Shown here piece after piece: positions 1 to 9,929 of a stretch of 64,000 nt of DNA. Below the pieces are notes generated by a model, which saw nothing but the letters and a program-made list of their open reading frames with translations, ran no database searches and was not told where the DNA came from. Source of the DNA: Anolis carolinensis (Eukaryota). The DNA lies in contig NC_085844.1 in assembly GCF_035594765.1 (NCBI RefSeq), positions 256,118,812 to 256,182,811 of the forward strand, given 5' to 3'. Position 1 is the first letter of the stretch, and every line of letters starts with the position of its first letter. The translations under genes were made by a program, and so were the position numbers.

Positions 1-66
1 AGAAGGTCAAGGATGAAAACCAGAAACCTTCTCTACCTCCAAGATTTCCCCCCTAAACCTTCATAC
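1..66 (-). other. 3' intron end of a fourth ZNF paralogue (minus strand; its ZF exon would lie left of the window)
   Basis: 1-66 is the reverse complement of the sequence just upstream of the ZF exons (12467-12535, also about 37210-37270 and 58950-59015). Homology resumes at 4205-4325 (rc of about 12350-12466). Confidence 0.8.
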
Positions 67-3000
67 CATGGCTGCTTGTTTGGTGGTCTATGCCCTCTTG
101 ATCTTGGGCCGACCAACCCATGTCCCTGGTCTGGGCAGGGACCCCCTGGGACCACCAGACAGGAAAAGGACTGGCCCTCTCTGCCTGAAATGGACGCATT
201 GGATGTGACAGAGATCCTTGGACGGGTGCCTGTCTCTCCTTCAGTGCCCCCCTTTTGTGGAAGCCCCCAACGACGTCGCTGCCTCTCCCTGTCAAAGAGG
301 CAAGCACCAAAGATGGCGGCTGACCTTGGGGACGCCATCGGTGAGCTCATGCCTTCTTCTCCAAACCCCAAAAAGCTTCGGCACAGGCGTGCGGGTCACA
401 CCGACTGGAGACAGAAACGCTGCCATGATATGCGCCGGACTTCTGGTGAGAAGCCAGAACAAATTATTTTTCTAGCAGAGGGAGTTCCTGGCACTTTGCA
501 GAGTGCTGGATTGGCAGCGGGCCAAGATGGTCTGACCACAGACTCTGGAGAACCTGAAGCCCCAGACATGGACAAATATACAATGATGGGAACCGGTAAG
601 CCTCCAAATCGTAGGTCTCAGAGACGTGGCTGTCATCAAAAGAAATTTAAGACTAGAATCTTCTGGGGAGTAGGATTCGGTAACCGGACAAGACCTGCAA
701 CTACTCCCTTCTCCCACAAATTGGCCAATGTTCCACCAAGTGGTTCTAGATCTGTTAATATGGAGAAGGGAGCACGCCCCCAAAACACTAGTACCTGGGA
801 TTCGAGTATCAGAACTGTGGACATAAAAGAGAGAGTGACCTCCCGGTGTGGTGGAGTTAAGAACTTATCCCAACACTCTCGAGGGAACCTAGACTTGACG
901 TCCCCTAGATCACCCCCCCACCCACAATGCTGGCCGGGGTGTTCTGGCCTTTACACCTGCCCCTCATTACTTTGAGGGCTCTATTTATGACCACTTGGTA
1001 ATTGGCCATGCCCCACCTCCTTTTCAGGGGGCCAGTCGAACATTGGGCACCTAGTTTCTGCTGTAGAGCCCCCAAGAGAAGTAGGTCTGTGTATGGGAAT
1101 TCCTACGATCTCTGGGAGGGGGAGATATGACGGTAGGCTCAGGCCGAAAATTAGAGGGAGGCTGAGTCGACGGAAGACTCGGCCCCCCTCTGACCTGCGG
1201 CCTATCCCCAAGTGCACCTATGACAGGCGACCAGTTTCCTCCCCTCCTACCCTGGTGTTGGTGAACGCTAGGTCCATAAGGAATAAAACTGCTACTATCA
1301 GAGATTTTCTTACTGACCAGGGAGCTGACCTAGTGTGTATCACTGAAACCTGGATCCAAGAGGGGGACGAGATCCTACTCCAGGAAATAACATCTCCAGG
1401 TTATGTAATCACCCACCAGATGCGGAGTGGGAGGCGGGGGGGTGGGGTGGCTATGCTCTCCCGAGAAAGCTTTTCTCTTAGGGCAGTTCCTGTTGTGGAC
1501 ATCTCTGGCACTGAATGTGTTGGTCTGGTGTGGGATTCCCCTGAGAGCATGGCCTTTCTGCTGGTGTACCGTGCGCCTAGTGCACCAGCAGACAGCCTAT
1601 CCCAGCTGCTCGAGACTGTGTCGGAGTGGTCCTTGAGGTTCCCCAGACTTGTTGTCCTGGGGGACTTCAATGTCCACGCTGATACGGACTCTTGCTCAGC
1701 AGCGGCTATGGACCTAGTGTCTACCATGGAGACACTAGGACTCTTGCTCTGCAGTACTGGGCCCACGCATCAAGCAGGACATACGCTAGACTTGATCTTC
1801 AGCGCAGGAATTCAAGTGACCCAAGCCTCTATTTTAGAGGTTCCATGGTCGGATCACTGTGCCCTGAGAGTCAGGCTGGAGCATGCCTACCCACCTGGCA
1901 AGGGCGCCGAGCCGATTTGGGCTCGCCCAAGAAGACTTATGGAACCTAGTAGGTTCCAGAATGCTCTGAAGGATCTGGAGCCTGTCAGCGACTCAATCGA
2001 TGTGCAGGTGGACATGTGGAACATCAGGCTGTCCAATGCACTCGACGAGATCGCCCCTAGACGCCCTCTCCAACCCCACCGAAATCGGTCTCCTTGGTTC
2101 ACCGAGGAACTTCGATCGATGAAGCGGGAAAAGAGGCGGCTAGAGGGCGTGTGGCGAGAACTTCATGACAGAGCTTCGAGATCAGCTTACAGGGCATTTA
2201 TGGAGTCCTATGAGCATGCTACCATCGAAGCAAAGAGAGTATACTATGCCTCTTTGATAGAGTCCGCCAGCTCACGCCCGGCAAAATTGTTCAAAATAAT
2301 TAGATCTCTAACGACGGTTTCTACCAACCCAAAAAGTGATGATCAGACCCCTTCAGCCGAGGCTTTTCAAAGCTATTTTGCTGACAAGATCTCACTACTA
2401 CGCCGGGACCTCCCCGCCACAACTGATACAATGAGAGAACTTGAGACTCCGTGGCCACTTGCTGGGCCCACCCTCGACCAGTTCATCCCACTGGACGCAG
2501 AGGGTCTCGATAGGCTCATAGCTGCAGCTAGACCGACCACTTGCTCCCTTGACCCGTGTCCCTCTTGGTTAGTAAAATCCTGCTTGGAGGGATTACGTGA
2601 CCCGCTGCTGAAGATAATAAACAGCTCCCTTGAGCAAGGAGTCTTTCCAGAGGGATTAAAAGAGGCAGTGGTCTCTCCTCTGCTGAAAAAACCAGATTTA
2701 GATCGTTTGGTTCCCTCCAGCTACCGCCCAGTTTCGAATCTTTCATTTCTGGGCAAGGTGATTGAGAGGGCAGTAGCGGTGCAGCTGCAGCAGTTCCTAG
2801 ACGACACAGCCGGACTGGATCCTTTCCAGTCTGGCTTCCGTGCGGGGCATGGGACAGAGACTGTATTGGTTTCCATCACAGATCATCTCCGATGCCAGCT
2901 TGACCGGGGCGGGTCGGTGTTGCTTGTGTTATTGGATCTCACAGCAGCATTTGACACAGTCGATAACAATCTCCTGACCCACCGCCTTGCCGTTGCTGGA

Positions 3001-4204
3001 GTTAGGGGGACAGCTTTAAATTGGCTGGCCTCCTTTCTTCACAACCGTGGACAGCGAGTGGAGAGGGGGGGCCTGGTCTCTGAGAGGTCCCCTCTACATT
3101 GTGGGGTTCCTCAGGGGGCCATTCTCTCCCCTCTGTTGTTTAACATCTATATGCAACCACTTGCTCAGGTGGTCCGAGATTTCGGGCTCGAGTGTTATCA
3201 ATATGCTGACGACACTCAGCTTGTGTTAAAGATGGAAGGCCAACCGGAGTCTGTACCCGACAGTTTTCACCAGTGCCTCGAGGCCATTATTGGATGGTTG
3301 CGTTCCAGTAGGTTGAATCCAGCAAAGACGGAGATCCTATGGCTGGGCCGACCGGGCAGTGGGGATATCCAGTTGCCAACCCTGGATGGTGAAGTGCTAC
3401 GCCCGTCTTCACTAGTAAAGAGTCTGGGAGTCCTCTTGGACCCTTCACTGACGATGCAGGCCCAGGTCTCCGCCGTTACCAAAACTGCCTTTTTTCATCT
3501 TCGGCAGGCTAGACGGCTAGCCCCCTATCTATCTAGGGACAACCTGGCTACAGTGATCCAGGCTACAGTCATCTCGAGACTGGATTACTGTAATGCCCTT
3601 TACATTGGCCTTCCTGTGTCGGTGATCCGGAAGCTCAAATTGGTGCAAAATGCAGCTGCCCGGCTCCTTGCGGGAGTCCCCATAAGATGCCACATAACAC
3701 CAATCTTACGGCAGCTGCACTGGTTACCAATTGAGCACCGGATCACTTTCAAAGTGATGGTGCTTACCTTCAAGGCCTTACATGGTCCAGGGCCGATGTA
3801 CCTGAGGGACCGCCTCACCCCTTACAAACCCCAGAGATCCCTCCGTTCTGAGGACCAAGACCTGCTGGAAGTCCCCAGTTTTAAGACCTTGCATCTAACT
3901 GCAACTAGACGCAGAGCCTTTTCAGTAGTGGCGCCATCTCTGTGGAACACCTTGCCACCTGAAGTTCGTGCCTTGCGGGACTTGTTGGCCTTCCGCAGGG
4001 CATGTAAGACACACCTGTTTCGGCAGGCTTTTGAGTTCTGTTGCTGATGTTTTAAAAGGTGCTTTTAGGATGTTTTAAAGATTTTTTTTTAAATGATGTT
4101 TTTAAAATGTTTTTTAAATTGTTGGTTTTAGCCGGTTCTTGTAAGCCGCTCCGAGCCCTAGGGGAGTGGCGGCATATAAGTTTGAAAAATAAATAAATAA
4201 ATAA
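67..4204 (+). mobile_element. Young L2-clade LINE, about 4.1 kb, probably 5' truncated
   Basis: Ends are defined by the interrupted paralogous host sequence (ccttcatac|gtcatattg). It carries an intact EN-RT ORF, the L2 3' stem-loop (tgtaagccgctccgagccctaggggagtggcggc) and a (TAAA)n tail. No TSD. Confidence 0.92.
1093..4047 (+). CDS. L2 ORF2: apurinic endonuclease + reverse transcriptase (984 aa)
   Basis: APE motifs VNARSIRNK, CITETW, GDFNVH, HTLDLIF, SDH. RT motifs YRPVSNL, QSGFR, LDLTAAFDTV, GVPQGAILSP, YADD. L2 C-terminus SRLDYCN...LHWLP. Confidence 0.95.
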   Translation: MGIPTISGRGRYDGRLRPKIRGRLSRRKTRPPSDLRPIPKCTYDRRPVSSPPTLVLVNARSIRNKTATIRDFLTDQGADLVCITETWIQEGDEILLQEITSPGYVITHQMRSGRRGGGVAMLSRESFSLRAVPVVDISGTECVGLVWDSPESMAFLLVYRAPSAPADSLSQLLETVSEWSLRFPRLVVLGDFNVHADTDSCSAAAMDLVSTMETLGLLLCSTGPTHQAGHTLDLIFSAGIQVTQASILEVPWSDHCALRVRLEHAYPPGKGAEPIWARPRRLMEPSRFQNALKDLEPVSDSIDVQVDMWNIRLSNALDEIAPRRPLQPHRNRSPWFTEELRSMKREKRRLEGVWRELHDRASRSAYRAFMESYEHATIEAKRVYYASLIESASSRPAKLFKIIRSLTTVSTNPKSDDQTPSAEAFQSYFADKISLLRRDLPATTDTMRELETPWPLAGPTLDQFIPLDAEGLDRLIAAARPTTCSLDPCPSWLVKSCLEGLRDPLLKIINSSLEQGVFPEGLKEAVVSPLLKKPDLDRLVPSSYRPVSNLSFLGKVIERAVAVQLQQFLDDTAGLDPFQSGFRAGHGTETVLVSITDHLRCQLDRGGSVLLVLLDLTAAFDTVDNNLLTHRLAVAGVRGTALNWLASFLHNRGQRVERGGLVSERSPLHCGVPQGAILSPLLFNIYMQPLAQVVRDFGLECYQYADDTQLVLKMEGQPESVPDSFHQCLEAIIGWLRSSRLNPAKTEILWLGRPGSGDIQLPTLDGEVLRPSSLVKSLGVLLDPSLTMQAQVSAVTKTAFFHLRQARRLAPYLSRDNLATVIQATVISRLDYCNALYIGLPVSVIRKLKLVQNAAARLLAGVPIRCHITPILRQLHWLPIEHRITFKVMVLTFKALHGPGPMYLRDRLTPYKPQRSLRSEDQDLLEVPSFKTLHLTATRRRAFSVVAPSLWNTLPPEVRALRDLLAFRRACKTHLFRQAFEFCC

Positions 4205-4330
4205 GTCATATTGAAAATGGAAACACCAAGAAATGCAAACATCAGGGTCTCAAGCGCATACACAGATACCAGCAAAGGGAATAACTGATTCTTAAAAAAG
4301 AATGAATCTAGAAAGAAAGAAGAAAATGAG

Positions 4331-4545
4331 GGTCTACTTTTACAACCTCTCCATTTTAATCCATGTTTTTTAGCTCTTGTCATTTGTTTTTACTGGCTAA
4401 TGTTTAAATTTTTATAATTGTGCATGTTTTTTGTCTATTGTTGTGTTTTATATTGCTATTGTTTTTATTCGGGCTTGGTCCCCTGTGTCCCCTTTGGGGA
4501 GATAGAGGCGGGGTATAAAAATAAAGTTATTATTATTATTATTAT
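4331..4545 (+). mobile_element. L2-type 3' UTR/tail fragment
   Basis: Ends in gtcccctttggggagatagaggcggggtataaaaataaa(tta)n. A close relative lies at about 26830-27092. Confidence 0.6.
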
Positions 4546-4919
4546 AAAGGCGTCCATGAAGCCATGCTTTCTACACGACCAGGAGGTGTCTAAGGACAAC
4601 AGGCTGATCAGCTTGGAAATTGAAAAAAAGCACTCCCCCATGGCCGGAGTTGAGCACTTCCTCCATCAGCCGGAGATTAAAGGGGAAGGGTTTACCTTAG
4701 TTCTGTGTATTTGCGTATCATTTTTATTTCACTGTAGTAAAGGCATTACATGTTTTCCTATCTGTGTATGTTGTAATCCACTCTGAGTCTCCTCGGGGAG
4801 ATAGAGAGGAATATAAGTGTTGCTATTATTTTTACATCCCATTAAAGCAGCTTCATTTGGCTGTCTATACGTTTCTGGAAAAATTCAAAGTGCACATTAT
4901 TACCTATAAAGCCCTATAC

Positions 4920-5625
4920 CAGGGGTCCCCAAACTAAGGCCCGGGGGCCGGATGCGGCCCTCCAAGGTCATTTACCTGGCCCCCGCCTTCATTTATAACA
5001 TAATATTTTTATATCAGTTTTAATAATATAATATATTGTATATACATATGATATTGATAATAATATCATTTTATACAATATAATACTAATAATATTACCA
5101 TATAATAATATTAATTATATGTTATATATTACATATAATATTACAGTATACTGGTATAGTTCAGTATAGTAATATATAATGCTAATATTGTGCTATGCTA
5201 ATAATATAATATATTGTATGTACATACAGCTGCTCTGTGTTCCCTTCGGGGTGAGAAGGGCGGGATATAAATGTAGTAAATAAATGTAGTAAATGAATAA
5301 ATAAATAATTTTGGACTTAGGCTCACCCAAAGTCTGAAATGACTTGAAGTCACACAACAACAACAACAACAATCCTAATTAACCTGACTATCTCATTGGC
5401 CAGAAGCAGGCCCACACTTCCTATTGAAATCCTGATAGGTTTATGTTGGTTAAAATTATTTTTATTTTTAAATATTGTATTGGTCTTTCATTGTTATTGT
5501 TGTTGTTTTGCACTACAAATAAGACATGTGCAGTGTGCAGAGGAATTTGTTCGCTTTTTTTTTCAAATGTCAGAAGTCAGAAGGATTGTGGACCGGCCTC
5601 GGCTTTAAAAGTTTGAGGACCCCTG
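4920..5625. mobile_element. hAT-family non-autonomous element (MITE) inserted in an old L2 3' fragment
   Basis: TIRs CAGGGGTCCCCAAACT / AGTTTGAGGACCCCTG. 8-bp TSD CCCTATAC at 4912-4919 and 5626-5633. The flanks join to an L2 ORF2 tail (TYKALY|GLGPSYLHD). Confidence 0.92.
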
Positions 5626-6803
5626 CCCTATACGGTCTGGGCCCATCCTATTTACATGACTCTATCTCTCCCAATGAAGCTGTTCGGACTTTAAGATCCA
5701 CTGGGGAGGCCCTTCTCACGGTCCCACCTCCGTCACAAGCGCGGTTAGTGGAGACGAGGGAGGGGGCCGTCTCAGTAGTCGTGTCCTCCTCCCCCCCCCC
5801 CCCCCGGGGCTCTGGAACACTCTCCGCAGGCCCTTACGCTTTCAACCTTTCGGAAGGAATTGAAAACATGGCTTTATAAACAGGCTTTTGATAATAGTTA
5901 CATACAATAACATCCAATGGTTGGAGGATTTAATATAAACTATTTTTAACTGGTCTTTATTTTCTTTATTCACCAGAGCAGTGACTGAGATGTTTTAATT
6001 GGTTTTAAATAACATACTTATATACTTGAGTATAAGCCTAGTTTTTCAGCCCTTTTTTAAAGACTGAAAAAGCCCCCCTCGGCTTATACTTGGGTGAGGG
6101 TCCTGGTTGGCTTATATTTGGTTCAATACATCAATATGAAAACAGATACAAAAGGCGTTGTTAAACAATCAAACAAAGGACTGTTACATTCATAGTAGAA
6201 ACAATATTTTTCTCTTGAAGGATGAATTTACTCGTCATAAACAATAAATGTTCTTTAGTTCTTTGATTGTTCCACATACACTATCTATCTATTAATCTCT
6301 ATTATTATTGGTATTATTACATTTATTATTTTTCTCTATTATTGTTGCTACTATTACATTTATTTTACTCTATTTTTATTATTATTAATACATTTATTAT
6401 TTCACTCTGATCTTATTATTATTATTACAACAAATTTGACAGAAAAAGTAGTTCATTACTATTACATTAATGCTATGTAGTAATCACTGTATTTACGAAT
6501 TTCACACCAAAATATCACAATGCATTGAAAACATGGACTACAAAAATGCGTTGGATAATCCAGAACGTTGGATAAGTGAGTGTTGGATAAGTGAGACTCT
6601 ACTGTATCTCTAAGAGGTTTTGCTCAGGAATGCCAAATGGAGGGGAAAAGGCCTCCAGGCTGAACCATCTCATCCAACCCTACAGGGGAGTCCCAAGCCC
6701 CACCCCCAAAATGAGCGCCAATGGAACAGACCTCCCGAGAACAGCAACCAGGAATAAGCAAGAGAGGGAAAGCCAAGGGAGACATCACAGGAACCATAAA
6801 ATG

Positions 6804-7047
6804 TGTTGTCGAAGGCTTTCATGGCCAGGATCACAGGGTTGTTGTATGTCTTTCGGGCTGTGTGGCCATGTTCCAGAAGCATTCTCTCCTGACGTTTCGC
6901 CCACATCTATGGCAGGCATCCTCAGGCCCTTTCCTTTTCACCCCCAGCCGCTTAAGCCTGAGGATGCCTGCCATAGATGTGGGCGAAACGTCAGGAGAGA
7001 ATGCTTCTGGAACATGGCCACACAGCCCGAAAGACATACAACAACCC
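6804..7047. mobile_element. Palindromic Penelope-derived element with hammerhead-ribozyme cores
   Basis: Inverted arms 6836-6926 and 6957-7047. TSD AACCATAAAATG at 6792-6803 and 7048-7059. CTGAGGA-stem-GAAACGTC core at 6958-6992 and its mirror image. Confidence 0.75.
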
Positions 7048-7089
7048 AACCATAAAATGAATTCCTTCTCGAAGGAAGGAAGGAAGGAA

Positions 7090-7559
7090 GGAAGGGCGGG
7101 CGGGCTGGGGGCCCCCGGAGGTCTCTTCCGAGTCTCCCAGGAACATGCTAGGGTTCCCCCCACCTCCTCCGCCTCGGCTGCCCGTAGAGCTCCCCGAGCC
7201 TCCGCGATGCGTGGCCTGCCGCCGAGGGCCCGAGCTTACCCGCCGCGAAGAGGCCGCCGGGACCTGGGCTGCTCCCTCCGCGCTCCCCTCAGCGGGCGAC
7301 TCTCTGGGGCGCGGAAGGGGCGGGGCCTGGAGCGCCCTCTCCCTCCCTCTCTGCCCTCAGGCCCCGCCTTCCTTTCTTCCCTCCGTCCCTCTTGCCCCGC
7401 CCTCTCCTTGCCTTCCACCAATCCCAGCCAGAGGAAGGGTGGCAGGCAGGCAGGCAGGCAGCCAATGGGAGGGCGACGCTTGTCCTGAGGGGAGAGGAGG
7501 CGCCTCCCGGGTGGAGCCTCGCCTGCCTCCGCCATTTTGGAGACAAGGAAAGAAAGGAG

Positions 7560-7598
<39 letters not shown>

Positions 7599-7788
7599 GA
7601 GAGGGCGGGGCCGGCTTCGGAAGGCGCGACAGGCCCCGCCCACTTTTGGGCCCGGGGTTTGGCACGACCGCGCCCCCAATTGCCCCTGAGAGGAATGGCG
7701 GGGGTGCAGCCCTAAACTCCCCCCAGAAGCGGGCCCAGGCCTGGCTGGATTCCGAGCCGGAACCCGCCTTCTTCACCCGGAGCGAGCG

Positions 7789-7824
<36 letters not shown>

Positions 7825-7850
7825 TCCTTCCCTGCCTCCCGTGAGGTGAC
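7090..7850 (+). promoter_or_regulatory. CpG-island promoter / non-coding first exon of ZNF gene 1 (possibly bidirectional)
   Basis: GC/CpG-rich, GC boxes, CCAAT boxes (about 7418 and 7462), YY1-type CCGCCATTTT (about 7529), (GA)n followed by donor-like G|GTGAGA at 7597. Homologous to the islands at 28 and 52 kb. Confidence 0.7.
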
Positions 7851-7964
7851 TGCGCTTGAGACCTCCTTGAATGAATTCATGTTATTGCTACGCTCACAGA
7901 CCACCCGGCTGGCGGGGGGGGGGGGGGGGGGACACTTCCAGATAGATATATGCATGCCTAGTCA

Positions 7965-8950
7965 TAATATAATGTGTTCCTATCATCTCCAGAGACTATA
8001 TATATGTGTGTGTGTATACACACACAAATAATAATAATAATAATAATAATAATATATTGTGTTCCTGTCATCTCCAGAGACTATATATATGNNNNNNNNN
8101 NNNNNNNNNNNNNNNNNNNNNNNNNNNNNNNNNNNNNNNNNNNNNNNNNNNNNNNNNNNNNNNNNNNNNNNNNNNNNNNNNNNNNNNNNNNNNNNNNNNN
8201 NNNNNNNNNNNNNNNNNNNNNNNNNNNNNNNNNNNNNNNNNNNNNNNNNNNNNNNNNNNNNNNNNNNNNNNNNNNNNNNNNNNNNNNNNNNNNNNNNNNN
8301 NNNNNNNNNNNNNNNNNNNNCAGAGACTATATATATGTGTGTGTATGCACACACACATAATACAGTAGAGTCTCACTTATCCAACATAAACGGGCCAGCA
8401 GAACGTTGGATAAGCGAATATGTTGGATAATAAGGAGAGATTAAGGAGAAGCCTATTAAACATCAAATTAGGTTATGATTTTACAAATTAAGCACCAAAA
8501 CATCATGTTATACAACAAATTTGGCAGAAAAAGTAGTTCAATATGCAGTAATGCTATGTAATAATTACTGTATTTACGAATTTCGCACCAAAATATCACG
8601 ATATATTGAAAACATTGACTACAAAAATGCCTTGGATAATCCAGAATGTTGGATAAGCAAGTGTTGGCTAAGTGAGACTCTACTGTATGTGTGTGTGTAT
8701 ACACACACACATATAATAATAATATATTGTGTTCCTATCCTCTCCAGAGACTATATGTGTGTATGTGTGTGTGTACACACATATATAATAATAATAATAA
8801 TAATATATTGTGTTCCTATCATCTCCAGATACTATATATGTGTGTGTGTGTGTATACACACACATATAATAATAATAATAATATATTGTGTTCATTACAT
8901 TTCCATATAATAACTTATTGTGTTCCTATCATCTCAAGAGACTATATATA
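7965..8950. repeat. About 70-bp tandem repeat with embedded (TG)/(CA)/(TAA) microsatellites; contains the assembly gap 8092-8320
   Basis: Recurring unit attgtgttcctatcatctccagagactatatatatgtgtg...acacac...aataataat. Run of N. Confidence 0.85.
8363..8685. mobile_element. Tc1/mariner-type MITE
   Basis: TIR CAGTAGAGTCTCACTTATCCAAC with TA target duplication at both ends. The family recurs at 28765, 46078, 56088 and 57052, with partials near 6430-6605 and 58830-58885. Confidence 0.9.
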
Positions 8951-9193
8951 TAGAATCAGAATCTTAGAGTTGGAAGAGACCTCGTGGGCCACCCAATCCA
9001 ATCCCATTCTGCCACGAAGCAAGAAAATCTCTCTCTCTCTCACACACACACATATATACAGACAGCTTTGCTTGTGTTTACAAAAGTATTTTAATTACTA
9101 TTTTATTAATTATTATGGAGTGCTTTGCTTGTGCTTTTGGTGTAGAAAGGCAGAAGCAGGGTGGACTAAATGGCCCACGGGTCTCTTCCAATC

Positions 9194-9235
<42 letters not shown>

Positions 9236-9301
9236 ATTGAGGCTGTATTTGTTCCCTTTTTTTACTTCAAAATAAGATATGTGGAGTGTGCATAGGAATT
9301 T

Positions 9302-9437
9302 CAGAGTTGTTGTATGAGGATGCCTGCCATAGATGTGGGCGAAACGTCAGGAGAGAATACTTCTGGAACATGGCCATACAGCCTGGAAAACATACAACAA
9401 CCCTGTGATCCCGGCCATGAAAGCCTTTCACAACACA
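9302..9437 (+). mobile_element. Penelope 3'/pLTR fragment with a short inverted stub
   Basis: Same arm sequence as 6957-7047 plus the tail gatcccggccatgaaagcc. Imperfect flanking duplication tgcataggaat/tgcataagaat. Confidence 0.65.
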
Positions 9438-9929
9438 TTGCATAAGAATCTGTTCACCGTTTTGTTTTTTTTTAAACTATAGTCCGGCCCTCCAACGGTC
9501 TGAGGGACTGTGAACTGGCCCCTTGTTAAAAAAGTTTGGGGACTCCTCATTTACAGTAATAAAGAATAATTGCATTTCCTAATAATCAAGAACTGGGTCT
9601 GAACGATTCTAACACCCATTTTTTCTAAGGCTTCAGGAGAGGGAAAAACACTAAGCACTACTACATCTTTGCACAGCACATACCCTTTATACGAAGGTGT
9701 AAGACAACTGAAGTCAGATCCAAAAAGGCTTGCAGTAGAAAAGGATCCATTCTACACAACCAATCACAATGAGAGCAGAAACGGAGGAGAGAAAAAGTTG
9801 GTACATTCCCAACTGTCATACAGGAGCTGTGGGGGAAGGGAAACTCTTAGCCTATACTAAGCTAACTAAACTGTTCCTCATTGAGGACTTGAGACTTGAG
9901 CAGTGTGGGGTTGAATTCCCAACACAACT

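Noticed and set aside
13-975. 320-aa ORF as a host gene
   Set aside because: It starts in antisense intron DNA and runs into the L2 at 67, so it is a junction product.
6591-7955. Many overlapping Pro/Arg/Gly-rich ORFs (also 27956-28770, 51727-52745, 62835-63521)
   Set aside because: Expected in GC-rich islands and palindromes with few stops; no domains recognised.
7974-8430. ORFs containing X runs
   Set aside because: They span the N gap and microsatellites.
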